DNA from: SAR324 cluster bacterium SAR324-CTD7B
Lineage (GTDB): Bacteria > SAR324 > NAC60-12
DNA: 64,000 nucleotides
Reading direction: 5' to 3'
Assembly (NCBI GenBank): GCA_002082305.1
Contig: LSNO01000114.1
Span: 3,431 to 67,430, forward strand
A model generated the notes under the pieces. The model had not been told where the DNA came from and did no database searches. It saw nothing but the letters and a program-made list of their open reading frames with translations. This document shows positions 18,776 to 28,202 of this stretch, in pieces; position 1 is the stretch's first letter; every line of letters starts with the position of its first letter. The position numbers were made by a program, and so were the translations under genes.

Positions 18776-20554
18776 CTATTGACCCGTAATTCTTTCAAGT
18801 TTTTCCCGGTAGTAATCCGGATTTGTGTCCCCTGTCAGCCCCATCTTAGCTTTTGCGAGCTTCAGGGCTTGGCGTGCAGCATCAGCTGCAGCTTCGTATT
18901 TTCCGTTAATTAAATATGCTTCTGCCAAGGTGTCCCAGATAAATGCCGCCTGTTTTAGTGTTGATGCTTTTTGAGCAAGCTCTATACTTTCCCGGAGACG
19001 TTTCTTATCATTGTTATGCTTTTCAGTTAAAAGCCAGGCGAGGTTATTCAGTGTGTGTGGTTCCTCCGGATTCATCTCCAGCGCACGGCGGTACCATAAT
19101 TCTGCTTCAGTTTTCTGATCTTGAAAATAAAGCAGGTCACCCATTTTTGTCAGCATTGGAGCATCTTTCAGTTGCCAATTATCTGCTGACTGTTCCAATT
19201 TCCAGGCAAGGACCTTTATTTTTAAAGTGTCTGAACTGAGCATATAATTTGCGCCAAGAAGTCCTACAAGCAATACTGCGCACACCAACTTAATCCGGAA
19301 CACGCGTCGGTGATGTTTTTGTAGCATTTCCGGCTTTTTTAGACAAATCGATAAAAAATCAATTCTCTGCTGAATTCCGTAATGGTGCCAGTTGTCCTGT
19401 TCCGGATTGATTCCGTTGAGCAGGGAAACTTTCATGAGGGCAGTTGAGATGGGTGAAATTCCGTGACGTTCAAAAGCGTGGCAGTCTGCCTGCCGTTCAA
19501 AATTTTGGCTTAGAAAGCCGATACCAAAACGAATAAACAATATAATGCTTAAAATAGACGCAACACCCATCAGCATTCCTGAAACCTCCAAAACTCCTGT
19601 CCAGGTCAGCAATAAGTTTGCACTGCCTGCAAATGCAAACAACTCCAGTAAACATATAAATGCAAGCAGATAAAAAAGCAGATGCTGCTTCCGTAAGTGT
19701 CCGGCTTCATGAGCAGTTACAGCTCGCAGTTCCGTTGCTGAAAGTGATTTGAGCAGTTGCGGGCTGATCAGTAAATAGCGGAATCCACGCACGAAGCCAA
19801 TTACTCCTGCAGTGGAGTATGGCATTATCGAATCCGGCCACGATAAAATTGCTGTTACCGGTGTCCGGGAATTTTCCAGTTCTTTACGGATTTCTTCAAA
19901 ATCATTCCCGTTTTCGATAGCTTTTGCCCCCCAGCTTTTCACAAAAACAACTGGAGCAACAAGCACCATCAGGATTAAACTGCACAACAATTCAAATATA
20001 AGACTCCAGTTTGAAGTGAAGGAAAGAAGAAACTTGCTGGTAATCCAAAACCAGACTGTCTGGATGATAATCAGAGCCAGCACCGGTAACTGCAGGCGCA
20101 GGTGCAGAACAGACTTTTTGATCTTTTCTTCAAGCCCATGAGCATTCCATTGATAAACTGGAATTGCGGCAACAGCGTCAGCAAGCCAGTAAAGCAGCAG
20201 TAATACACCAAAACTTACCGATTCAGCTTCAGTAATGTTATTAAATAAATGACCTATGCGTAAATCTAAATGTTCGCCATAAACAAGAGCCAGCCAGCCA
20301 ATCAAAATCAGGGTTCTTGGTCGGGAGAATTTTGTTGAGGAATAGCTTCCTTTTCTGACTTCTGGAAATCGCTTCAATTTGCTAAATTGCCGGAGCCATT
20401 GAGGCATTTGCGCCAGAAGAAAACTGAAAAGAATAATGAGAGACAGATTCACGGCAAGTGGTAAATTCAACCATGGTTCTGTTCGTTCCAGCTCTCCGGA
20501 AAATAAGGTTAAACCTGCTGAAGCAAGAATCAGAGGTAAAAATGGCAAAAACAT
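18776..20554 (-). CDS. Membrane M48-family zinc metallopeptidase with C-terminal TPR repeats
   Basis: Multiple N-terminal TM helices, HEAGHLRKQH (HExxH), C-terminal TPR-like AELWYRRALEMNPEEPHTLNNLAWLL / AEAYLINGKYEAAADAARQAL. Confidence 0.8.
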   Translation of the reverse strand: MFLPFLPLILASAGLTLFSGELERTEPWLNLPLAVNLSLIILFSFLLAQMPQWLRQFSKLKRFPEVRKGSYSSTKFSRPRTLILIGWLALVYGEHLDLRIGHLFNNITEAESVSFGVLLLLYWLADAVAAIPVYQWNAHGLEEKIKKSVLHLRLQLPVLALIIIQTVWFWITSKFLLSFTSNWSLIFELLCSLILMVLVAPVVFVKSWGAKAIENGNDFEEIRKELENSRTPVTAILSWPDSIMPYSTAGVIGFVRGFRYLLISPQLLKSLSATELRAVTAHEAGHLRKQHLLFYLLAFICLLELFAFAGSANLLLTWTGVLEVSGMLMGVASILSIILFIRFGIGFLSQNFERQADCHAFERHGISPISTALMKVSLLNGINPEQDNWHHYGIQQRIDFLSICLKKPEMLQKHHRRVFRIKLVCAVLLVGLLGANYMLSSDTLKIKVLAWKLEQSADNWQLKDAPMLTKMGDLLYFQDQKTEAELWYRRALEMNPEEPHTLNNLAWLLTEKHNNDKKRLRESIELAQKASTLKQAAFIWDTLAEAYLINGKYEAAADAARQALKLAKAKMGLTGDTNPDYYREKLERITGQ

Positions 20555-20640
20555 TTTGCGCCTTTGTTTAGTTTCGCTTAAAATTAAATGTCTATTTATT
20601 GACTTTTGTTGATTCTAAAACCTAAAACTTATTTTAGTAA

Positions 20641-21801
20641 ATGTCTTACTCCGGCAATGTACATGAGATTAGCTTAGATGAAAAGCAAATCTTACTTATC
20701 GGAACTGCACACATTTCACAATCAAGTGTGGATGAGGTGAACTCTGTCATTGATCAGGAAAAGCCGGACACAGTTTGTATTGAACTCTGTTCTTCCCGAC
20801 ATCAGGCGATGCTGGATAAAGATCAATGGAAAAACATGGACATTTATAAGGTCGTTCGTGAAGGTAAATCCTTTTTGCTTTTTGCAAATTTGATCATGAC
20901 TGCCTTCCAAAAACGCTTGGGTTCTCAGCTGGGAGTAAAACCTGGTGCAGAAATGCTTGAAGCAGCAAATGCTGCAGAACGGGTTGGAGCGGAACTGATT
21001 TTGGCAGACAGGGATGTTAAAATAACCCTGCAGCGTACCTGGCGGGGGATGACATTTTGGGGCAGAATGAAAGTCTTGAGTCAACTTCTTGCCAGTTTGT
21101 TTGTCCGTGAAGAAATCAGCAAGGAAGACATAGAAAAACTCAAGGAAAGCGATGCACTTTCTGAAGCAATGCAGATGCTGGCAGAACAGTCTCCTGAAAT
21201 GAAACGTATTCTGATTGATGAAAGAGATCAGTTTATGGCAGAAAAAATAAAACTGGCTCAAGGCAAAAGGATTGTGGCAGTAGTTGGAGCCGGACATGTA
21301 AAAGGACTGACGGCAGAACTGGAGCGGGAACATAATTTGGCTGAATTAGAGACAGTGCCTCCTCCCGGGAAAATTGGCACCTGGCTCAAATGGGGTATTC
21401 CAACCCTGATTGTAGGGTTGGTTGCTTACGGATTTTTTACTGTTGAAACGGACGTTAGTATTGAAATGATTCAGCGCTGGTTTTTGATCAACGGCACACT
21501 TTCAGCGCTCGGAACTGCGATTGCATTTGGCCATCCAATAACAATTGCAACTGCATTCGTGGCAGCTCCCTTTACTTCTCTCAATCCTGCTGTTGCTGCA
21601 GGTTGGGTGGCAGGATTAGTTGAAGCATTTCTACGTAAACCTCAGGTACGGGATTTTGAAAGCCTTGCAGATGATATCACACATTTGAGAGGTTTTTGGC
21701 AAAATAATATCACCAGAATTTTACTCGTAGTCATGTTCGCAAATTTAGGCAGTGCAATCGGCACATTTGTGGGAGGATTTGCCATTGCATCTCTCCTTTG
21801 A
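20641..21801 (+). CDS. TraB/GumN family protein (pheromone-shutdown TraB-like) with C-terminal TM region
   Basis: ILLIGTAHISQSSVDEV...PDTVCIELC...VVGAGHVKGL motifs typical of the TraB family. Confidence 0.8.
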   Translation: MSYSGNVHEISLDEKQILLIGTAHISQSSVDEVNSVIDQEKPDTVCIELCSSRHQAMLDKDQWKNMDIYKVVREGKSFLLFANLIMTAFQKRLGSQLGVKPGAEMLEAANAAERVGAELILADRDVKITLQRTWRGMTFWGRMKVLSQLLASLFVREEISKEDIEKLKESDALSEAMQMLAEQSPEMKRILIDERDQFMAEKIKLAQGKRIVAVVGAGHVKGLTAELEREHNLAELETVPPPGKIGTWLKWGIPTLIVGLVAYGFFTVETDVSIEMIQRWFLINGTLSALGTAIAFGHPITIATAFVAAPFTSLNPAVAAGWVAGLVEAFLRKPQVRDFESLADDITHLRGFWQNNITRILLVVMFANLGSAIGTFVGGFAIASLL

Positions 21802-21833
21802 TCGGGAAGCAGAGATATTCCATGTGCAGACAC

Positions 21834-23435
21834 TCATGTAACAATTGGGCGAAAAATGCCTTCGGGAGTTGCCTCAAAGCACAATTCTCTTTGCAGGCAG
21901 TTTAAATGATCAGCTGCGGCGTGCGTTACGTAAAGTATTTGTGTTGTTGTGTTTTGTCCAACCAGGTCAACTAGTTCTAAAACGCGGTTCCGGTTTGTAC
22001 GATCCAATCCCTGGCAGGGCTCATCAAGGATGAGTAAAGGTGGAGATTTTATCATTGCTCTTGCAATTAAGATAAGTCGTTGCTGTCCATACGAAAGACG
22101 CGTGAAGTCAAGATCAGCAAGATTTGTAATTTCCAGCAGTTCCATCAAACTGAGTGCCCTTTCTTTTTGTGTTACAGATGCTGGCTGATAATAACCGATT
22201 GAATCAAAAAATCCTGAAAGTACCACTTTCAACGCAGTAACAGGTTGCCGATAACGTACCTGAAACTCAGAGGAGACAAATCCTATTTTCTGCTTGATGT
22301 CCCAAATGCTTTCACCCGTACCACGACGCCGCCCAAAAAGATAAATTTCATTTGCATAAGCTTGTAGATTGTCTCCGCAAATTAAACTGAGTAAGATCGA
22401 TTTACCGGATCCATTTGGACCCACAATTTTCCAGTTTTCCCCCTGTTCTACCGACCAGTAAAAATTTTTCAGCACCACTTTTTCACCATAGTGAACATTA
22501 ACGTTCCACATCCGGATAAGACTGTGCTTTCTGTCTTTTTCAGGTACTGATTCAAAGAAGTCAGTTTGAATTAGGTTTTCATTTATTTCTGCAGAGTTTT
22601 CGTTTGTTTTTAAGTTAGTTTCTTTGTGATCAGCTTTCTCATAAAGGCCCTCCATCACTTCCGTAATCAAAACTTGCGAGCGCAAACCTTGAGCAAAAAT
22701 TTCTCCCGATTTCAAACAAAGAACATGTGTGATTTCCGGAACTAATTCCTCAAAACGGTGACTGACTAACCAGACTGCTAATCCGTTTTTAATAAGATCT
22801 GAAAGTGCTCCTTTAAGCCACAGAACAGATTCTGTGTCCAAACCTTCAAAAGGCTCATCAAGAATCAACAATTTTGGTTCAGAAAGCAGGGCTTTTCCAA
22901 TCAAAGTTTTACGAGTTTCACCATTTGAAAAGTAGCGCAAAGGGTTTCCCAGTAGGGACGAAAGTCCAAGTTGTTCTGCAATCTTGAGAAGTGATTCCGG
23001 ATGCTTCCCTTCCGGATCCATGACTTCTTGTCCGGTTAAAAAATGTTCTTCATTTCCGCTGTATTCTTCGTAGCGGTCTTTTTTTTCTTCACGGGCAACC
23101 AAGATTTTTTGCTGCTCAAGTGAAACATGTGCGATTTTGCCAAAATCCTCAATTTCCTGGTGACGTTTGATGGTACCGCAATATGGAATTTGCCCCAGTA
23201 CAACTTTTATCAGAGTTGATTTACCAGCGCCGTTTGGACCTAGAATCGCCCAGCTTTGTCCGAATTCTGTGGACCAGGAAATGTCTTTGAGAATCTGCTT
23301 ATCCCAGAGTCGATTGGAAACGTTTTTGAGAGAGAGCAAAGGAAAGTACCGAGTTTTGAGAGTTGGATGTTGGGTTTCGAAATGAGATGGATTCTCAACA
23401 CTGTTCAGGAATTGTGGTCGTTTTGCAGTGCCCAC
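21834..23435 (-). CDS. ABC ATPase with two nucleotide-binding domains (ModF-like)
   Basis: Two Walker A sites (GPNGAGKST, GPNGSGKS), two signature/Walker B sets (FSNGETRK...LLILDEP; LSYGQQR...LLILDEP). GTG start, uncertain; overlaps the upstream gene by 31 nt. Confidence 0.8.
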   Translation of the reverse strand: MGTAKRPQFLNSVENPSHFETQHPTLKTRYFPLLSLKNVSNRLWDKQILKDISWSTEFGQSWAILGPNGAGKSTLIKVVLGQIPYCGTIKRHQEIEDFGKIAHVSLEQQKILVAREEKKDRYEEYSGNEEHFLTGQEVMDPEGKHPESLLKIAEQLGLSSLLGNPLRYFSNGETRKTLIGKALLSEPKLLILDEPFEGLDTESVLWLKGALSDLIKNGLAVWLVSHRFEELVPEITHVLCLKSGEIFAQGLRSQVLITEVMEGLYEKADHKETNLKTNENSAEINENLIQTDFFESVPEKDRKHSLIRMWNVNVHYGEKVVLKNFYWSVEQGENWKIVGPNGSGKSILLSLICGDNLQAYANEIYLFGRRRGTGESIWDIKQKIGFVSSEFQVRYRQPVTALKVVLSGFFDSIGYYQPASVTQKERALSLMELLEITNLADLDFTRLSYGQQRLILIARAMIKSPPLLILDEPCQGLDRTNRNRVLELVDLVGQNTTTQILYVTHAAADHLNCLQRELCFEATPEGIFRPIVT

Positions 23436-25258
23436 ATTTGTTGATAATAACCTGGACGTTGAATCAGGTCAGCATGCTGTCCCTGATCCACTATTTGTCC
23501 TTCATCAAGAACCAGAATCAAATCTGCATGTTCCATCGATGTAACACGATGGGAAACGATAAGCAGGCTTCCTGCCAGGGCTTGTTGATTATTAATCGGT
23601 TTGAGGAGTTTGTGGATTTCTCTCAGCAGATGACGTTCTGTTTCATAGTCAACTGCAGAAAGGACATTGTCTAAAATCAGCAGGTCACAAGGTTCCATCA
23701 TTGCCCGTGCCAGGCTGATTCTTTGTTTCTGTCCACCGGAAAGCATGATTCCTTTTTCGCCGACCACAGTTTTTTCCTGTTTTGGGAAACGTGCAACTTC
23801 CTTGTCAAGAGCTGCTGAGTACAAAATTTTCTGAAACAATTCCCGGTCACCGGAATCCCCATTTTCCAGAGCAAAGTTGATATTATTTTCTGCAGTATCT
23901 GAAAATAAAAATGGTAACTGAGTGACAGTTCTGATACAGGTACGGACATCTTTGTCGCTGAGAGTTGCGAGGTCCTGGTCTCCTAAATAGATGGAACCCT
24001 TGCCCATGTCCAAATAACGATTCAAGCCGTTGACAAGGGTCGATTTTCCAGAACCAATTCTTCCCAGTACTCCAATTACCTGGCCTGGATGGATGGAGAA
24101 ATTTATGTGCCTTAGTACATCTTTCTTGCTCTCCGGGTAGTGGTAACTTAAATTATTTACTTTCAGTCCTCCTTCTGCAAAAAGAGATTTAAGTTTTTTC
24201 TCCGGAAGTGAAATAAGGTTTGCACGAGGCAGGTCCTGCTGCAAAACAGTCTGGATACTGGTCAGTCCCACCAGACCCTGCTGGAACATGGTTGTTACCC
24301 AGCCCAACCCCATCAAAGGAAATGTCAATAATGCAGAATATGCAATAAAAGCAGTTAACTGACCAATGGTGAAGCCTTCTTCGATTACCATGATTCCACC
24401 AACAAGCAATACCAGGAGTTTTAAAAAATGCTCTAAATTACTTAACATCGGCATCACAAAAGAGCGGGTCCAGGCAATTTTCATTGAACGTCGAAGCATG
24501 TCCTGATTTTCTTTCTCAAAACGCCTCGTGCTCCATTCACGCATTGTCTGGGTTTTAATCAGGTCTATTGCCGAGAGAGATGAAACAGTAAAACCGGAGA
24601 GACGCTGTAAGCTTTCCATACGGGCCCTCAAATTACGCACCAGCACATTCATACCCAGGCGCACTACTGTAAAAACAATGATAATGGGAATAATGCAGTA
24701 AAGTGTGAGATTTGGTGAGAGTTGCCACATTTTAAAAGGCGTCATTGAAAGCGCTGTTATGATATTGAAGGCCTGCATGAGGCCGAATCCGCAAATCATA
24801 CGGACTCCAGTGATGTCATTATTGATGCGGGAAATTATGTTTCCTGAAGGATTTTTATCATAATAATTTTTTTGCAGAGCCATCAGTTTTCTGAACATGT
24901 CATTTTTTATCTGACACTCTATGGCACGTCCGGGATTAAAAAAAAGAATCCTGGAAAGTGTCCGCACCACCACCATTACAAGTGCTAATCCAAGCATGAT
25001 AAACATATATTCCCACAATAAATCCTGCCTTGACTTGAGATCATTATTTAACAAATCAATACTTAAACGCACATATTCCGGTATACTGACAGCAATCCAG
25101 TTGGTACCTAAAATAGCAACCACTCCCAGAGAATAATAAAACAAATGCTGCCGGATATAGTAACCAAGCAGGGCAAATTTACTGCTGGTTTTAGGCGGCA
25201 TTTTCAATAACGGAATGAATGAGGAATCACCAAGTTGAATTGACTGGGCTGAGGACAT
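23405..25258 (-). CDS. ABC exporter, fused permease + ATPase (MsbA/multidrug type)
   Basis: Six-TM ABC_membrane domain, then GRIGSGKST, LSGGQKQR, LLILDNVLSAVD. ATG 25258 chosen because the longer track ORF would overlap mltG. Confidence 0.85.
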   Translation of the reverse strand: MSSAQSIQLGDSSFIPLLKMPPKTSSKFALLGYYIRQHLFYYSLGVVAILGTNWIAVSIPEYVRLSIDLLNNDLKSRQDLLWEYMFIMLGLALVMVVVRTLSRILFFNPGRAIECQIKNDMFRKLMALQKNYYDKNPSGNIISRINNDITGVRMICGFGLMQAFNIITALSMTPFKMWQLSPNLTLYCIIPIIIVFTVVRLGMNVLVRNLRARMESLQRLSGFTVSSLSAIDLIKTQTMREWSTRRFEKENQDMLRRSMKIAWTRSFVMPMLSNLEHFLKLLVLLVGGIMVIEEGFTIGQLTAFIAYSALLTFPLMGLGWVTTMFQQGLVGLTSIQTVLQQDLPRANLISLPEKKLKSLFAEGGLKVNNLSYHYPESKKDVLRHINFSIHPGQVIGVLGRIGSGKSTLVNGLNRYLDMGKGSIYLGDQDLATLSDKDVRTCIRTVTQLPFLFSDTAENNINFALENGDSGDRELFQKILYSAALDKEVARFPKQEKTVVGEKGIMLSGGQKQRISLARAMMEPCDLLILDNVLSAVDYETERHLLREIHKLLKPINNQQALAGSLLIVSHRVTSMEHADLILVLDEGQIVDQGQHADLIQRPGYYQQMWALQNDHNS

Positions 25259-25262
25259 GGGA

Positions 25263-26345
25263 CTATAATTTCTTTGAGGAAGCTTTTTTAGCTTTGCGAC
25301 GCATTGCCTGACGGTTCTTACGGTTTTTCTGAAAATACGAAACTGCCTTATTGTGTTCCCGCAGTGTTTTTGAAAATTTACTGCTTCCATCCCCGCGTCC
25401 GACAAAATAAAGGAACTTTTTGTCTGCCGGATAAAGCACACTTTGCAGTGATGCTCGACCGGGATTCGAAATTGGAGTAGGGGGTAATCCGTATTTGGTG
25501 TAAGTGTTATACGGAGTTGGTTTTCGTAAATGCTTTCGAGTCAAATTTCCATTAAAATCACTCAGTCCGTAAATTACTGTTGGATCACTGTCGAGCCGCA
25601 TTCTGCGTTTGAGTCGATTATGAAAAACGGAAGCAATCTTTGGTCGGTCTGAATCAATTCCAGTTTCCTTTTCCACAATAGAAGCCAGGGTAAGAACTTT
25701 ATACTCGCTCATTCCAATTTCTTTGGCACGCTTCTGAAAATCAGCATTAAAAACCCGCCGGTATTGTGTAATCATTGCTGATAAAATTTGTCGCTCTGTA
25801 TCTACCCGCGAAAAAAAATAAGTTTCCGGAAACAAGAATCCTTCCAGATTGGTCATGTCCGGAATTCCAGTTTTTGCTAATAACTCCGGATCATCTTTCA
25901 GGGACAGGATCACGTCTTTATCTGCAATTTCTGCAAGCTGCAGGCGCTCTGCAATTTGTAGATAATTTTCACCTTCCGGAATGGTAATGCGATGCCGGAT
26001 GCTTTTCCCGGAAATCAGATACTGCAGCAACTCAGAGGTATTCCAATTGTGTTGAATTTTAAATTCTCCGGCCTGGATTCTGGAATGTACTTTTAATTTT
26101 TCCGCCAAATAGTCGTAAAGTCTGGGATAGGGCAGGAGTCCCTTTTTTCTGATACGTGCCGTAACGCTGTCAAAGGTGGAACCTCGAGGGATCAAGATAA
26201 CCGAATTACCATCCGGAGCACTGCTCATGATGGGGCTATAGTAAATTTGATAAATATATCCTGCAACACCAACCATGCACGAAACCCCTAGTATAAACAG
26301 GCCGGCAAGCAGAAGTTTCTGTTTGTTGGTGATGAACAACTTCAT
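25263..26345 (-). CDS. mltG: Endolytic murein transglycosylase MltG (YceG family)
   Basis: N-terminal TM anchor, YceG blocks (ASIVEKE, SDPTVIYG, YNTY...GLPPTPISNPG). Confidence 0.9.
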   Translation of the reverse strand: MKLFITNKQKLLLAGLFILGVSCMVGVAGYIYQIYYSPIMSSAPDGNSVILIPRGSTFDSVTARIRKKGLLPYPRLYDYLAEKLKVHSRIQAGEFKIQHNWNTSELLQYLISGKSIRHRITIPEGENYLQIAERLQLAEIADKDVILSLKDDPELLAKTGIPDMTNLEGFLFPETYFFSRVDTERQILSAMITQYRRVFNADFQKRAKEIGMSEYKVLTLASIVEKETGIDSDRPKIASVFHNRLKRRMRLDSDPTVIYGLSDFNGNLTRKHLRKPTPYNTYTKYGLPPTPISNPGRASLQSVLYPADKKFLYFVGRGDGSSKFSKTLREHNKAVSYFQKNRKNRQAMRRKAKKASSKKL

Positions 26346-26649
26346 TGAGTTGAAAAATACAGATAAATGTGAGTATTGTTAATATTGAAATCAATTATAT
26401 CGACAGACAGAACAGAACGCAATACGTTGAACCTTGGGGCTTGACTTTCTGTTATATTGTGAATTCGTGAAATGTTCATAATTACTGCATTTTTGAAACA
26501 GGCACTGGATGAATGGATTATGTATGCTTCATAAAATTAAACTTGTATTCCATTCATAAATCATTTATTATTTTATGTTCACTAATTAAAAAGCGCTCCG
26601 ATTATGCATGAGCGTTTAAAAAATAAAGAATTTTAAGATTGAGGACTCC

Positions 26650-27270
26650 ATGTTGAATGGACTATTAGCACGCAAGATTGGCATGACCCAGGTTTTTGAA
26701 GAAGACGGAACTGCACTTCCAGTGACCGTTCTGCAATCCGGACCTGTGACAGTTGTCCAAAAAAAGACCCTGGAAAAAGACGGTTGCAACCATGTACAAG
26801 TCGGTTTTGAAGAAATACCGGAGCGTAAAGTAAATAAACCAATCAAAGGGCATTTTAAGGCACAGGCTCCAACTCGCATCCTGCGTGAATTTGAAGTAGA
26901 GAACATTGATGAAGTAGAAGTTGGACAGGTATTTGATGTAAGCTTATTTTCTGAAGGAGAAAGTATCACTGTTTCCGGCAACTCAAAAGGTAAAGGATTC
27001 ACCGGAGTTATGAAACGTCATGGATTTCATGGTCAACCTGCCAGTCATGGACACCGTGGGCACCGCGGTACAGGAAGTATTGGACAGTGTGCAACCCCTG
27101 CCCGTGTTTTCAAAGGCAAGAAAATGCATGGTCGACACGGCAACAGTAAAGTAACTCAACTCGGCTTAAAGATTGTTAAAATTCTTGCAGATGAAGCAAT
27201 TGTACTTGTCAAAGGTGCAGTTCCTGGTCCCAACGGCGGACTGGTAACAATTCTCAAGAGCAACCGCTAA
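26650..27270 (+). CDS. rplC: 50S ribosomal protein L3, stand-alone (no rpsJ upstream, no rplD downstream)
   Basis: 206 aa: GLLARKIGMTQVF..DG..PVTV, SKGKGFTGVMKRHGF, GSIGQCATPARVFKGKKMHGRHG, LVKGAVPGPNGG. All canonical L3 blocks are intact. Confidence 0.9.
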   Translation: MLNGLLARKIGMTQVFEEDGTALPVTVLQSGPVTVVQKKTLEKDGCNHVQVGFEEIPERKVNKPIKGHFKAQAPTRILREFEVENIDEVEVGQVFDVSLFSEGESITVSGNSKGKGFTGVMKRHGFHGQPASHGHRGHRGTGSIGQCATPARVFKGKKMHGRHGNSKVTQLGLKIVKILADEAIVLVKGAVPGPNGGLVTILKSNR

Positions 27271-27290
27271 TTTGTTAGCAGCATAATGTG

Positions 27291-27320
27291 GGCGGCGCTT
27301 TCTGTGTCGCCTGTCTTTTT
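27291..27320 (+). terminator. Putative intrinsic terminator after rplC
   Basis: GGCGGC-(9-nt loop)-GTCGCC stem (one G-U pair) followed by TGTCTTTTT, 21 nt after the rplC stop. Confidence 0.4.
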
Positions 27321-27708
27321 ATATTCCCCGATATTCATCTTAAAGTTTCCGGCTGTTCTGTCGATAACGAACTATGAGGTTTGGATTGCTTTTCCGTTGG
27401 AATGGCAGGGAGAGTTCTGTCTGGGATTCCGTCTGCTTAACTCTATGGGGCGTGGTGTGTCCACAGGGTGGTCCTGATTTATGTTCTTGTAAATAATAGA
27501 TGAATTGTTGTCATAACAAATACAGCGTATTGTTCCGGTTTTGTGAACAATCGCCTGTGGAGAACTGCGTACTGCATGGTGTGGTTTCGCAGTTTGTGAT
27601 GGCTTAGTTTATCGAAATGACAGGTTGAAGGGCGGAGTTTCCCGTTATTTTGTGCGGGAAAATATCCATTCTTTGAAGCCGTAAATCGTAATAGAAAAAA
27701 GGAGAAAA

Positions 27709-28116
27709 ATGGCATTCAAAACCAAGGTGGTTCTGGTAGTCTTACTTGCAGCTTTGTTGATTGGAGTACCTCCGGGACTTGGTCAGCAGCCTCCTGCAGA
27801 CAACAGGGGGAACCTGTATTCCATCTGGTTGAAGCTCTCAATGATGGGACACAACCAGTCTGAGATTGAGGGTATCCTTACCGGAATAACGGAGCAGCAA
27901 CTCCAGCGTCTCAAAAACCGCTTACGGCGGGATGTGCTGGAAACTTTGATGCATCACAATCTGCATAATGAAATTGAGTTGAGCAGGACCGAACAGGATC
28001 TGGTGATGATTCGTGACATAATCAGAACGGAAATCCGTTTTGCAGGATTGGAAAACGACCGCCTGCTGCAGCGCATGATCCGTCATAAATTCGGGATTGC
28101 ACTGCAGAATATTTAA
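27709..28116 (+). CDS. Small secreted hypothetical protein
   Basis: 135 aa; strong RBS (AAGGAGAAAAATG); signal peptide MAFKTKVVLVVLLAALLIGVPPGLG; helical, Arg/Leu-rich mature part. No recognisable family. Confidence 0.55.
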   Translation: MAFKTKVVLVVLLAALLIGVPPGLGQQPPADNRGNLYSIWLKLSMMGHNQSEIEGILTGITEQQLQRLKNRLRRDVLETLMHHNLHNEIELSRTEQDLVMIRDIIRTEIRFAGLENDRLLQRMIRHKFGIALQNI

Positions 28117-28202
28117 AGCAAATGACATATTGTGTGAGTGTTGAATTATAGTGTGCTCTCTTTGGTCCTCAAGAAAAACCCAACACTCAACACTTACACA
28201 TC

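Noticed and set aside
25259-25441. Upstream extension of the ABC exporter ORF (start 25441)
   Set aside because: It would overlap the mltG 3' end by about 180 nt. The ATG at 25258, just downstream of the mltG stop, gives a normal-length N-terminus.
26346-26649. Sigma-70 promoter or L4-type regulatory leader upstream of the stand-alone rplC
   Set aside because: There are TTGACT / TATATT-like hexamers, but with wrong spacing. A short hairpin at about 26592-26618 is weak. The evidence is not strong enough to annotate.
27286-27715. 63-aa (+) and 78-aa (-) ORFs in the rplC downstream gap
   Set aside because: They have no RBS, their composition is implausible (Phe/Leu/Cys-rich, His/Arg-rich), and one overlaps the terminator hairpin. 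I treated the region as non-coding.
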